Under the pieces are notes generated by a model, which was not told where the DNA came from, searched no databases, and saw only the letters and a list, made by a program, of their open reading frames with translations. The translations under genes were made by a program, and so were the position numbers. A stretch of DNA of 63,601 bases, filler included. It is 5 parts of 5 records of this genome, joined end to end, with 100 filler letters (N's around TTAATTAATTAA, not from the genome) between each part and the next. Parts side by side here need not be neighbours in the genome. Positions count along the whole stretch, not along the records: positions 30,120 to 58,315 come from SRR9188677_75; positions 58,416 to 60,781 come from SRR9188677_81; positions 60,882 to 63,601 come from SRR9188677_120; 2 more parts are not named here. The stretch is one strand, 5' to 3'. Shown piece after piece: positions 51,518-61,233 of this stretch. Within the stretch, counting starts at the first letter, position 1. Each line of letters opens with the position of its first letter.

Positions 51518-52792
51518 ATGGTTAAGCAAACTAATTTTACAATTTTGAATAGGGTCATAGTCTATATTATGGTTCCCATTATTCTTGTTTTTTCTGGAGA
51601 GATTAATGCAAGTGCGCAGAATCTTGTTTGGTCGAAAAAATGTTCACAAAATCAGAAGGAAACATACACGGTTGCATTCTCGGCGGACGGCAAAAAGATA
51701 TTCAGTGGTTCAGAACATTTACCGACTTCAGTACGCATTTTTGATACTGACAATGGCAATATCCTTTGGGATGACACCCTTGCAAGTGGACTGATGTGTG
51801 CCCAGGATATAACGTTTAATAGCAACAGCTCACGTATTATTGTACTGGAGGAATACGGCAATATCTTGGTTTATGATAACACAACTGTTAAACCAACTTT
51901 GCTTCAGTCAATTAAAACACCTACTACAGCTGCTTTCACCGTTGTATTGTCGCCTGACGGCAACAAAATTGCAGTAAGCTGTTCAGATAAAAAAATGATC
52001 ACCTACAATGTTAACAACGCAGCTTTATTACGCAATATTGATGCACATTTAAACTATGCTTACGGGGTTGACTGGTCAGTAAATAATCAAATCGTTACCT
52101 GCGGAGATGATTTATTGATTAAGCTATGGGATACAACCGGTACATTAATACGGACATTTAGTGGGCATACACAATCTGTAAGATGTGTGAAGTTCACGCC
52201 AGATGGTTCTAGAATTGTATCATGTTCAAGAGATAATTCAATTAGGATATGGGATGTAACCAGCGGTAATTTATTAAAAACACTGACAGGCCATTCTAAA
52301 ATTGTAAGACAGGTAGATATATCTGAGGATGGAACTAAGATTGTTTCCTGTGACGAAGACGGGATCATTAAAACTTGGAATTTAATGACGGGAAGTTTGG
52401 AAAAGAGTTTCAACAGCAGTACTTCTAAGGGTATTGTGTATTCAGTTAAATTTAGACCTGGTTCCACGAGATATTTAGCTGCTGGTAATACAGAAGGTGA
52501 TGTGCAATTTTGGGATTTGTTATTTCCGACCAATTTGTCACAAGCCAATTTACAAACTTCACATACCGTAGTTTATCCTAATCCCTTCGCTGAATTGCTG
52601 AACGTTCATAGCAATAAAGGCATAATTCAGAATGCGTTATTAGTTGATGTAACCGGGAAGGTATTATTGACAGGTGTGATTAAAAGCACTCATAATGCAG
52701 CTTTTCATACTGGTGACCTGAAACAGGGCGTTTACTTTTTATCAATTCAAACAGGCAACGGCAATTTCTCACATAAAATTGTAAAGGAATAA
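51518..52792 (+). CDS. WD40 beta-propeller protein with T9SS C-terminal sorting domain
   Basis: GH..WD repeats; VYPNP..DVTGK..GVYFL..KIVKE. Confidence 0.9.
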   Translation: MVKQTNFTILNRVIVYIMVPIILVFSGEINASAQNLVWSKKCSQNQKETYTVAFSADGKKIFSGSEHLPTSVRIFDTDNGNILWDDTLASGLMCAQDITFNSNSSRIIVLEEYGNILVYDNTTVKPTLLQSIKTPTTAAFTVVLSPDGNKIAVSCSDKKMITYNVNNAALLRNIDAHLNYAYGVDWSVNNQIVTCGDDLLIKLWDTTGTLIRTFSGHTQSVRCVKFTPDGSRIVSCSRDNSIRIWDVTSGNLLKTLTGHSKIVRQVDISEDGTKIVSCDEDGIIKTWNLMTGSLEKSFNSSTSKGIVYSVKFRPGSTRYLAAGNTEGDVQFWDLLFPTNLSQANLQTSHTVVYPNPFAELLNVHSNKGIIQNALLVDVTGKVLLTGVIKSTHNAAFHTGDLKQGVYFLSIQTGNGNFSHKIVKE

Positions 52793-52797
52793 ATAAT

Positions 52798-53031
52798 ATG
52801 AAAAAACTCGTATTTAATAATGAACTAAAATCAGTTATAACTGCGTCAATACTGAGCCTAATAATTGTAGCTGCGATACGGCTTTTGACAGAATTATTAG
52901 TCCCATCTGATTTATGGAAAATCTCAACAGGTACAATAACCCTTACAATCTGTATTCTTATAGTGCAACTATCATTACATACCAACCGGCTGGTCGGTAA
53001 TATTGTTGTAACTGCAAAAAATAAAAATTAA
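52798..53031 (+). CDS. Small two-TM hypothetical protein
   Basis: Tightly packed in the operon; two hydrophobic segments. Confidence 0.5.
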   Translation: MKKLVFNNELKSVITASILSLIIVAAIRLLTELLVPSDLWKISTGTITLTICILIVQLSLHTNRLVGNIVVTAKNKN

Positions 53032-53036
53032 GTATA

Positions 53037-53300
53037 ATGAGAATAGTAATTATTTGTTGCATCATCTTTTTCATGTCGAGCTGTACAAATTCCGGCGAAA
53101 ACTCTGGCAAGATGAGTACTACTTCAGACGGTTCGGAAAAGTTTGCAATCAATATGAACAGGATAGACCCGGTATGTGAAATGGAATATGATACTTCATG
53201 GACTGATTTTACAATAAACAATAATGATACTGTACGGTTTTGTAGCGAGACATGTAAAATAGCATTTTCAGGTAATCCATCGAAATACATGAAAAAGTGA
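53037..53300 (+). CDS. YHS/TRASH domain lipoprotein
   Basis: MSSC lipobox; DPVCEM..FCSETCK.AF..NP.KY. Confidence 0.85.
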   Translation: MRIVIICCIIFFMSSCTNSGENSGKMSTTSDGSEKFAINMNRIDPVCEMEYDTSWTDFTINNNDTVRFCSETCKIAFSGNPSKYMKK

Positions 53301-53689
53301 AGCAGTTTATAGCGCTCATATTATTTATTGGTTTGAATACCCAATGCCTTATGAAGTTGGGTATAATGACATGGTATTCCCTTAATAAAGAATACATCAC
53401 CAATAGATTTTGCGTTAATAAGGCAAAACCTGCTATGCACTGTAATGGTAAGTGTTACCTGAAAAAACAATTGGATAAATCGGAAAAGAATTCAGGTGCC
53501 GAGGGATCGCAGAAATTACCCGAAAAAACGGATACTGTATACCTTCTTGCAGTAGTTCCGGAGGAAATGTCCCTGAGTATAAAGCAACTTATCCTGACTG
53601 AAGCAAAATATAGGAGATATCAATCAGAATTATATTCTGAATATAATGCGTCTGTTTTTCATCCACCACCTATAGATTTATTTGGTTGA
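53297..53689 (+). CDS. Small membrane-anchored Cys-motif protein ending in FHPP, copy 2
   Basis: FCVNKAKPAMHCNGKCYLKKQL, VFHPPPIDLFG*. Confidence 0.8.
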   Translation: MKQFIALILFIGLNTQCLMKLGIMTWYSLNKEYITNRFCVNKAKPAMHCNGKCYLKKQLDKSEKNSGAEGSQKLPEKTDTVYLLAVVPEEMSLSIKQLILTEAKYRRYQSELYSEYNASVFHPPPIDLFG

Positions 53690-53790
53690 GATAGCTGTGA
53701 ATCAAAAATAGTGAATAAGCAGTACAAATTATTTGACATTAAGTATGCTCTTCAATACTTACGATATGTCGTTCATAAAAATATATTATA

Positions 53791-56193
53791 ATGAAAAACT
53801 TCAAAATACAATTTACATATTTGATAGCATTGCTATCAATCTTTTCCACCTATTCTCTTTCAGCTCACTATGGACCACGTGGCTTGTTAGGTGGCACACC
53901 ACATGTAGGTATCCAATTTAATGGGATTGTTTACCTGGGGACTGAAGATGCTGGTGTTTTTGAAAGTACTAATGCTTTATTGGTTGGTTGGAGACTTCGT
54001 GCAGTAGGTCTGAAGAGCGGAGAAATTACAGCATTGACTCATAGCGGTGCAGAATTATATGCCGCTACCGCCGACAGTGGTATTTTTATATTTAACGGAG
54101 CACAGGGCACAGACCTCTATTGGAATAAACGTAATAATGGCCTGGGCAGCCTTAATATTTTATCGATTTTAGCTGTTGATGCAAATACACTGTATGCAGG
54201 TACTGATGGTAGCGGGCTATATAAAACAACAGATAAAGGCTTAAACTGGGCGGCAGTATCTAGTGCTTCACTTAATGGGAAAGATATTACTGCACTCACA
54301 AAAGGAGGAAGCCGTTTGTTTGCATTGGTGAGAGATGGTGGTGTTTTTGCATCTGATGACAATGGTGCAACATGGTTCAGCCTTAATGATGCCAATACAC
54401 TCAATAAAACCGCCACAGAGTGCTTTACATATAATGCAGCAAACAATCAATTATTGGTTTCAAATGTAACCGGACTATGGATACTTGCTTCAGCCAGCAC
54501 TACTATGGCTCCTGCTTATGCCGCTGCTTCCACAGGGTTACCGAATCCTATTCATGTCCACAACCTGGCCAACAATGGAACTAAATGGCTACTTGCTTCA
54601 CATTCAGGTGTATTTCAAACCCCTGTTTCCTCAGTTAGTTGGATAGCAGCTAATACAGGACTGCCGAATACAGATGTAGAAACAATAGTTGCTATAGATG
54701 ATACGCTGGTAGTTGGTATGGGTAAAATGGGTGTGTATAAATCGAATGCCAACACTATAAACTGGGTAGTGAACAATACAGGCATGACAAACATTAATAC
54801 AAATTCTATTGCTTGCAAAGGTGATAGCCTTGTAGTAACCGCCACTGAATATGGTGTTACCGTAAGTACAAACATCGGCAATAACCCTGTTATTTCAAAC
54901 AACGGGCTGACAGACAGCTTAAGTGTGAATGATGTGGAAATCGGTGGTAACATGTTCTTCGCTGCCACGACGAATTCAGGTGTGTTCGTGAGCAGCAACA
55001 TGGGCCAATCATGGTCAGCCCAGAACAGCGGCCTTACCAATATGAATATCAGCCGTGTGATTTACGGCAATGATAGAATTTATGCAATTGATGATGATGG
55101 TAAATTGTTCCAGTCTAACGTATCGACTATCTCATGGACGCTCGCGACAACAGGGCTGCCAACAAACACAGCGGCTACTTCGCTTGCTTTCTATGCCAAC
55201 ATGCTGGTACTTGGAACCTATGGAAATGGTGTGTTTGTAAAACACAGGGATTCTTCAGCATGGACAGCGTTTAATACCGGGTTGTCAAATATGGATGTGA
55301 CCTCTGTCACCTATTCAGCTAATAAACTGTACGCTGGCACTGATGGCTCAGGTGTATTTGTGAGCGATGCAAGTACAGCAGGTTGGGCAGTTACAAGTAC
55401 CATTTCCATCCCGCATTTGAATTTTGTACCCCTTGACGTTAGCCATATTCAGTACATGACAACCATCAGGGAATATGTTGTTGCGACTTACAGGGGAGGA
55501 ATTGTTGGTACAACCGACGGGGGTGCTACATGGGTTCCGGCAGGAAACCAGAATAACCTGCCAAGCTATGCCGACATCTATAAAGTAAGCTATGTGACCA
55601 GCCGGGTATTTTTGACTACCCCGACAAATAATGCGCAATCAGGGGGAACAAGCGAACTGGAAAAGGAGGATTCACTTTTAGTAGTCAACACAACTATGGT
55701 TAATGCACCCGCCTCAGCAACAGAAAGCTATCACAGCATTACCAGTAACATGAAATGGAAGGCAACATCTTCAGACTCTTGGGTAACGCTGAGTGCTGAT
55801 TCAGGTTTGTGGAATGGAAATCTTAGGTTGACAATCGCGGCTAACACAGGTGCATCAATGCGAATGGCTACTGTTACAGTAAAAGGAGACACAATTACCA
55901 GGACTATTATGGTACACCAGCAAGGAACAACAGGTGTTGCTGCAAATAGTCTTAATGATGATGTCATTAAGCTGTATCCCAATCCAAACAATGGTCAATT
56001 TGCAATTGATATCAGTGGTTATAATAATGTAAATTCTATTTCAATTCTTGATCTGTCTGGAAGGCGTCTAAAGGAGGTTGCTATACAGAATAAAAGCGTA
56101 ATTTTTGTATCAGAAAATCTATTGCCTGGCGTATATTCTGTAGAAATCCAGTCAGCAAAAGGAAAAGTTGTAAAGAGATTATTGGTAGAATAA
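53791..56193 (+). CDS. Secreted BNR/Asp-box beta-propeller protein with BACON-like and T9SS domains
   Basis: Repeated GVF.S.D.G..W..N.GL; W.ATSSDSWVTLS..NTG..R.ATVTV; LYPNP C-terminal domain. Confidence 0.82.
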   Translation: MKNFKIQFTYLIALLSIFSTYSLSAHYGPRGLLGGTPHVGIQFNGIVYLGTEDAGVFESTNALLVGWRLRAVGLKSGEITALTHSGAELYAATADSGIFIFNGAQGTDLYWNKRNNGLGSLNILSILAVDANTLYAGTDGSGLYKTTDKGLNWAAVSSASLNGKDITALTKGGSRLFALVRDGGVFASDDNGATWFSLNDANTLNKTATECFTYNAANNQLLVSNVTGLWILASASTTMAPAYAAASTGLPNPIHVHNLANNGTKWLLASHSGVFQTPVSSVSWIAANTGLPNTDVETIVAIDDTLVVGMGKMGVYKSNANTINWVVNNTGMTNINTNSIACKGDSLVVTATEYGVTVSTNIGNNPVISNNGLTDSLSVNDVEIGGNMFFAATTNSGVFVSSNMGQSWSAQNSGLTNMNISRVIYGNDRIYAIDDDGKLFQSNVSTISWTLATTGLPTNTAATSLAFYANMLVLGTYGNGVFVKHRDSSAWTAFNTGLSNMDVTSVTYSANKLYAGTDGSGVFVSDASTAGWAVTSTISIPHLNFVPLDVSHIQYMTTIREYVVATYRGGIVGTTDGGATWVPAGNQNNLPSYADIYKVSYVTSRVFLTTPTNNAQSGGTSELEKEDSLLVVNTTMVNAPASATESYHSITSNMKWKATSSDSWVTLSADSGLWNGNLRLTIAANTGASMRMATVTVKGDTITRTIMVHQQGTTGVAANSLNDDVIKLYPNPNNGQFAIDISGYNNVNSISILDLSGRRLKEVAIQNKSVIFVSENLLPGVYSVEIQSAKGKVVKRLLVE

Positions 56194-56262
56194 ATTTAAT
56201 TCACAGAAAGCCGTGCTTAATCGGCAGGGCTTTCTGATTTTTCACGCCTAAAAATCGTAAAA

Positions 56263-57144
56263 ATGAAACGTAAATTTTTAGTATTGCTGACATCTGGATT
56301 TTCGATAATCATGATGGCGTCAATGGATTCAGATAGCAGCGGACCTGTCGTGTTATCGTCAGGTGCACCTATTGGTAGTACAAATGCACCCGGTGAACAA
56401 ACATGTGGAAAAGCAGGCTGCCATACAGGTAATAATAATATCAATACAGGTAAGGGAGTTTTGTCAATAACTAGTCAGCAGGACATTTCAAATTATAAGC
56501 CGGGCGAAACTTACGACATTGTTGTTGCGTTAGATGAAACAGGAGTTGAGCGTTTTGGGTTCTCTCTTACAGCTTTGGATGAAAACAACAATAAGGCCGG
56601 AACACTGATTGTGACCGACGAAGCAAGAACTCAGATATTTCAAGGTTCTCAGGGATTCGCAGATAGAGAGTACATGACTTATCGAATGGTAGGGACTAAT
56701 CCATATCAGCAAGGGAAGGGACAGTGGTCATTCAGGTGGAAAGCGCCAGATTACACTGTTGGTAAAATTGTGTTTTATGCTGCTGGGATTTCCGCCAATA
56801 ACGATGCTACAGATAAGGGTGATTTGGTGTATACACAAACTACTGCGTCAGGTGCAGGACTATCAGTGAAATCCATTCCGGAAGAGAAACTCACATTTAT
56901 GGTTTATCCCAATCCCGTAAAGGACTATATCAGGCTGCAATTAAGTAAAACAAGTTCTGAGCCCTTATCTTTTGCCTTATACGATCTTACTGGTAAAAAA
57001 GTGAGTAGTTTAACTGAAAGGACAATTTCATCCAATGGCAAAACAATCACATTTCCGATCAATGCTTTTGAGCCAGGTATATATCAACTAAGTATTCACA
57101 GTAGCTCTGTAACAGAAACAATAAAAGTTGTATTGACAAATTAA
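56263..57144 (+). CDS. Reeler-like (choice-of-anchor V-like) protein with T9SS domain
   Basis: APGEQTCGKAGCH, YKPGETY, WSFRWKAP, GDLVY, VYPNP. Confidence 0.75.
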   Translation: MKRKFLVLLTSGFSIIMMASMDSDSSGPVVLSSGAPIGSTNAPGEQTCGKAGCHTGNNNINTGKGVLSITSQQDISNYKPGETYDIVVALDETGVERFGFSLTALDENNNKAGTLIVTDEARTQIFQGSQGFADREYMTYRMVGTNPYQQGKGQWSFRWKAPDYTVGKIVFYAAGISANNDATDKGDLVYTQTTASGAGLSVKSIPEEKLTFMVYPNPVKDYIRLQLSKTSSEPLSFALYDLTGKKVSSLTERTISSNGKTITFPINAFEPGIYQLSIHSSSVTETIKVVLTN

Positions 57145-57154
57145 TATACACGAC

Positions 57155-58042
57155 ATGAAAAAATCATTTATTCTTTTTTTTATCACGACTGGCCTGATAG
57201 CACTTGCTGCTACTAATAAAGAGAACGGGTCACAGCATAAAAGTGCCGGTCCTCCAGGCTGCTACGCAGGGGAACCGCCGAACAATACAAACTGTACGTC
57301 TTGTCATTCAGATTTTCCGGTTAACTCTGGATCAGCAACAATCTTGTTTGATTTAGGTGGGGCTGATACTGGCTATGTTCAGGGGGCTACATACAATATG
57401 AAAATCTCAGTTAAAAAGACAGGCTTAGCTGCTGCTGGATTTTTGTTTACGGCTCTTCAAAATAATGATATTACTACAACACCAGGAACAATCACACTTA
57501 ATGATGCTGTACGGACGCAAAAAATAGACCCGAGTAATCCGCATGTTCAAGGGTGTGCCCTGCTGAATAAAGTATATGTAGAGCATACTTATCAGGGGCA
57601 TACCAGTAATGGCCCGGGTGAAAATAGCTGGGATTTTAAATGGCAGGCACCAAGTAGTAATGTTGGTGACATTACGTTTTATCTCGCTACCGTAGAATCA
57701 AATTATAGTGGGGATGAATTTGGAGACTATGTTTATACCAAAAAAGTTATTTCTAAGAGCAAGGCAACTAATGTAAGTCAACAGTCTGAATTTGAAGCAG
57801 GTACGAAAATCTATCCTAACCCAGCTATTTCCGAATTGTACGTCTCAACCAATGTTGTATCTATTCAAAGTGTAGATTTAGTGAATGTCCATGGAATGAA
57901 AGTCAGACAGTTTGTTGATTTGACTCAATCGAACAAGGGAGGTATTAAGATTGATTTGAACGGATTAGCCCCAGGCATGTATTTTATAGGAATACATGCA
58001 AAAGATATGAATGTTGTAAGGCAATTTGTAATACAAGAATAG
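57155..58042 (+). CDS. Reeler-like paralog with CxxCH and T9SS domain
   Basis: NCTSCHS, WDFKWQAP, GDYVY, IYPNP. Confidence 0.75.
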   Translation: MKKSFILFFITTGLIALAATNKENGSQHKSAGPPGCYAGEPPNNTNCTSCHSDFPVNSGSATILFDLGGADTGYVQGATYNMKISVKKTGLAAAGFLFTALQNNDITTTPGTITLNDAVRTQKIDPSNPHVQGCALLNKVYVEHTYQGHTSNGPGENSWDFKWQAPSSNVGDITFYLATVESNYSGDEFGDYVYTKKVISKSKATNVSQQSEFEAGTKIYPNPAISELYVSTNVVSIQSVDLVNVHGMKVRQFVDLTQSNKGGIKIDLNGLAPGMYFIGIHAKDMNVVRQFVIQE

Positions 58043-58200
58043 ATAAGAGAATTGTGAGATATCAGATAGAAGTACTTTTTCTTTACTCACTATTTAGTCA
58101 CAAAAGTCGTTATTATTTGAAAATATAAGATTCATAAATTCCTTATTTATAGGTATCCCTGTTTGTGAAATGCTTAGGTTCGGGAGGGAATGGGTTTCAA

Positions 58201-58237
58201 TAAAAACACCCTGTAAGTCATTGATTTACAGGGTGTT
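58201..58237 (-). terminator. Island-encoded hairpin terminating tRNA-Ser
   Basis: AACACCCTGTAA..TTACAGGGTGTT; T-tract on the minus strand. Confidence 0.75.
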
Positions 58238-58246
58238 ATAATTTTA

Positions 58247-58315
58247 GCGGAGAGAGAGGGATTCGAACCCCCGGACCTTTGACAGTCAACGGTTTTCAAG
58301 ACCGCCGCATTCGAC
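58247..58315 (-). tRNA. tRNA-Ser(TGA), 5' end truncated
   Basis: Minus strand GCGGT-CTTGAAA-ACCGT anticodon arm, long variable arm, GGTTCGAATCC. Confidence 0.93.
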
Positions 58316-58415
58316 NNNNNNNNNNNNNNNNNNNNNNNNNNNNNNNNNNNNNNNNNNNNTTAATTAATTAANNNNNNNNNNNNNNNNNNNNNNNNNNNNN
58401 NNNNNNNNNNNNNNN
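58316..58415. other. Artificial contig linker
   Basis: N44-TTAATTAATTAA-N44. Confidence 0.98.
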
Positions 58416-58416
58416 G

Positions 58417-58488
58417 ATCAAGGGCCACAGCCTGCAGGTGGTGGCCGCCCAGTACGCCTCGGGTGCGCTGGCACAAGTGGTGAACTGA
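58417..58488 (+). CDS. 3' end of a gene, probably class II fructose-bisphosphate aldolase
   Basis: IKGHSLQVVAAQYASGALAQVVN* resembles betaproteobacterial Fba C-termini; only 23 aa are visible. Confidence 0.55.
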   Translation: MKGHSLQVVAAQYASGALAQVVN

Positions 58489-58526
58489 TCTCTTCTGGCA
58501 CCAGGCCCCGCAGGGCCGCACAGCAC

Positions 58527-58559
58527 AGCCTGGCCGCGTTTGCGGCCGGGCTTTTTTTT
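58527..58559 (+). terminator. Rho-independent terminator
   Basis: GCCTGGCCGC-GTTT-GCGGCCGGGC followed by T8. Confidence 0.9.
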
Positions 58560-58785
58560 GGCCGGGCGCAGCACTGGCTGGGGAGTTCCCTCTACATCAG
58601 ACAAAGGCGACAGCGATAAGAAATTCTTCATGTAAGCTCGCGGTCAGCTTTTTCGCAAGGGTATGTGTAGCGCGGCCTGGCCGTGGGGTGCGTGCCAGAA
58701 ATCCCCTTCGGTTTTGCTCCGCCCGAACGGAATGGGGTGGCATGGGATGGGATGATGGAAGGCGAATCCGCATGAACCTTTTTCT

Positions 58786-59490
58786 ATGACTCTGATGATT
58801 TCGAAGTTCCGGTATCTGTTGCCCTGCGCTCTGGCTGTCCTGGTGGCTGGATGTGCGCCGTTGACTGTTCCGCCCAAGGCGGAATACCCCGTGGGCCGTG
58901 CGCGCCTCGTGCTGCCGCCGGGGGCCTGGCAAGACCTGGGCTCCACCGACGAAGCCCGTGCCACGCTGCAGACACGGGCTGTGGGCCTGAGCGGTGCGCA
59001 GGGGGAATGGCTGGCCGTGTTGCGCGTGCAGACCAACCGCACCGGCGATCTGGCCGGGTTTCCGATCGGGCCCGGTGACTGTCCGCACCAGCAGAATGTG
59101 ACGGTGGTGGATGCAGCGGCTGGCAGCCCGGTGCGTGCAGACTGCCTGCGCCTCAAGAACTGGGGCAGCAGCGCCCAGTGGCTGGAAAAGAACCGCCCCG
59201 ACCTGGCCCAATGGCTGGGTGGTCGCCAGATCGTGCTGAAGCAGCCGTATTCGTACCTGAGCTACCGCTACGCCACCCCCACCGGCGCCTGGGTGGTGGT
59301 GGATGCGCTCGTGGACCAGCGGCTGCTGAGCACCCGGCCCCGCAACAACGAAGAGTTCCTGGTCGCGGGGCGGCCCGCCCAGCAATGGGGCCAGGACCTG
59401 GCCCAGGCTGCACGCCTGAGTGTCAGCATGATGGACGGCTACCTGGCCGTGCCGCCGTTCCCGTTTGCCGAAGCCGCATCCAAAAAATAA
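58786..59490 (+). CDS. Hypothetical lipoprotein
   Basis: Lipobox LVAGC; high GC3 codon usage. Confidence 0.75.
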   Translation: MTLMISKFRYLLPCALAVLVAGCAPLTVPPKAEYPVGRARLVLPPGAWQDLGSTDEARATLQTRAVGLSGAQGEWLAVLRVQTNRTGDLAGFPIGPGDCPHQQNVTVVDAAAGSPVRADCLRLKNWGSSAQWLEKNRPDLAQWLGGRQIVLKQPYSYLSYRYATPTGAWVVVDALVDQRLLSTRPRNNEEFLVAGRPAQQWGQDLAQAARLSVSMMDGYLAVPPFPFAEAASKK

Positions 59491-59552
59491 GCGGCGCAAA
59501 CAGACAGCCGAACAACAAGACAGCAAGACAACACGAGAGAGGGAGATTCACC

Positions 59553-60092
59553 ATGGGCGTGATCCTGCAGATCCTGGGGCTCATCATCACCTTCACGATG
59601 GCGATGGAGGCCCTGCGCCGCTTTGGCATCGATGTGGGCTGGCTCAATCCGCTGGCCTTTTTCCGCCGCCGTGCCTGGGCCAAGAAAGTTGAAACGCCGC
59701 CCTTGTACGCGCTGGAGCACCCGGTGGACGTGGTGGCGGTGATGGCATTGGCCATGGTGCAGGCGACGGGCGCCGTGACCGTGGAGCAGAAAGAAGGCGT
59801 GCTGGCCCTGCTGCGCCAGCACCTGGGCCTGGGGGATGCCGATGCGAACAACCTCTGGGTGGCCAGCTCTCACATGCTGCGCAACCGCGCGCTGGCGCCC
59901 ACCGAAGTGCCTGCTGTGCTGGAGCGCTGCATCGAAAAGTTCACCGATTACCACGTGCAGACCCTGCGCTCCGTGATGCAGGGCGCAGCGCAGATCGTGC
60001 CCCCCGCCAGCGCTGCGCAGCAGCAGCTCCTGGAGGCCGTGGACGCCTGCTTTGCCAAGAAGCAGGCCGCTGCGCGCCCCTGGGCGGGCTGA
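59553..60092 (+). CDS. Hypothetical membrane protein with TerB/DjlA-like domain
   Basis: GGAG RBS before ATG 59553; N-terminal TM; helical 'GAVTVEQKEGVLALLRQHLGL'. Confidence 0.6.
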   Translation: MGVILQILGLIITFTMAMEALRRFGIDVGWLNPLAFFRRRAWAKKVETPPLYALEHPVDVVAVMALAMVQATGAVTVEQKEGVLALLRQHLGLGDADANNLWVASSHMLRNRALAPTEVPAVLERCIEKFTDYHVQTLRSVMQGAAQIVPPASAAQQQLLEAVDACFAKKQAAARPWAG

Positions 60093-60154
60093 CGCAGCGG
60101 CAGGCGCACTGGCCTCTGGCACACAACGATTCCATAACTTCGAGGAGACCTCCC

Positions 60155-60781
60155 ATGCAGACCAGCCCCGTCCCGCAGCCTCAGCGCATAGGCATCCCCA
60201 GGGAAACCTTCCCCGACGAAAAGCGTGTGGCCACCGTGCCCGATGTGGTCGAAAAACTGGTCAAGCTGGGCTTCACGGTCGCCGTGGAGTCGGGGGCCGG
60301 GGAGGCCGCCAACTTCAGCGATGACGCCTACCGCGCCGCCGGGGCAGAGGTGGTGGACGGTGCTGCGGCGCTGTGGGCCGGGTCGGACATCGTCTTCAAG
60401 GTGCGCCCGCCCAGCAGCGACGAAGTGGCGCTGATGCGCGAGGGCACCACCCTTATCGACTTCATCTGGCCTGCCCAGAACCCCGATCTGATGCAGCAGC
60501 TGGCCGCCAAGAAGGCCACCGTGCTCGCCATCGACTGCCTGCCGCGCACCCTGTCGCGCGCCCAGAAGATGGATGCGCTCACGTCCACCGCTGGTGTCAG
60601 CGGTTACCGAGCCGTGATCGAGGCTGCCAACGCCTTCGGCCGTTTCTTCAACGGCCAGATCACGGCCGCAGGCAAGGTGCCACCGGCCAAGGTGTTCATC
60701 GCTGGCGCTGGCGTGGCAGGCCTCGCGGCCATTGGCACGGCAGCCAATCTGGGCGCCATCGTGCGCGCCAACGACACGCGC
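60155..60781 (+). CDS. pntA: NAD(P) transhydrogenase alpha subunit, 5' part
   Basis: RIGIPRE..EKRVATVP, SRAQKMDAL, GQITAAGKVPPAKV..GAGVAGLAAIG. Confidence 0.95.
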
Positions 60782-60881
60782 NNNNNNNNNNNNNNNNNNN
60801 NNNNNNNNNNNNNNNNNNNNNNNNNTTAATTAATTAANNNNNNNNNNNNNNNNNNNNNNNNNNNNNNNNNNNNNNNNNNNN
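60782..60881. other. Artificial contig linker
   Basis: N44-TTAATTAATTAA-N44. Confidence 0.98.
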
Positions 60882-61233
60882 TCCCTACACTCCTGTGGAC
60901 ATCAAATTAGCAGGCTACCAGCAGATGATTCGTAGTGAAATAATGAGAGCAAAATTCAGAAATTCATTCTCTAGTCCAGAACCACTTGTTCCAAACCTGA
61001 AAACTAATCTCGATTTTCGACTTCAAGATGTTTACCACACCTTTAAAAAAGGGCATAGAATTATGATTCAGATACAATCGTCCGCCTTTCCTTTATTCGA
61101 TATTAATCCTCAAAAATTCGTAAACAATATTTATAAAGCCAACGAATCAGATTTCCAGAAAGCAACAATAAAAATATTCAGCGAAAGTAAAATATCCGTA
61201 AACATTTTATCAAATACAACAAATGGGAAATAA
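60882..61233 (+). CDS. CocE/NonD family hydrolase, C-terminal fragment
   Basis: YQQMIRSEIMRAKFRNSF, HTFKKGHRIMIQIQSS.FPLFD.NPQ. Confidence 0.85.

Larger units (their letters stand above)
49446..58259. mobile_element. Genomic island integrated at the tRNA-Ser 3' end (no integrase present)
   Basis: 14-bp direct repeat AGCGGAGAGAGAGG at 49446-49459 and 58246-58259; the second copy is the tRNA 3' end. Confidence 0.75.

Noticed and set aside
58597-60837. Long alternative-frame ORFs (58597-59526, 59439-60122, 5' extension 59178-59552, 60373-60837)
   Set aside because: Shadow ORFs typical of high-GC DNA overlapping better-supported genes.
2033-60881. Four TTAATTAATTAA motifs within N runs and large GC shifts, suggesting repeats or horizontal transfer
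   Set aside because: These are artificial joins between unrelated contigs; no cross-linker gene context is meaningful.
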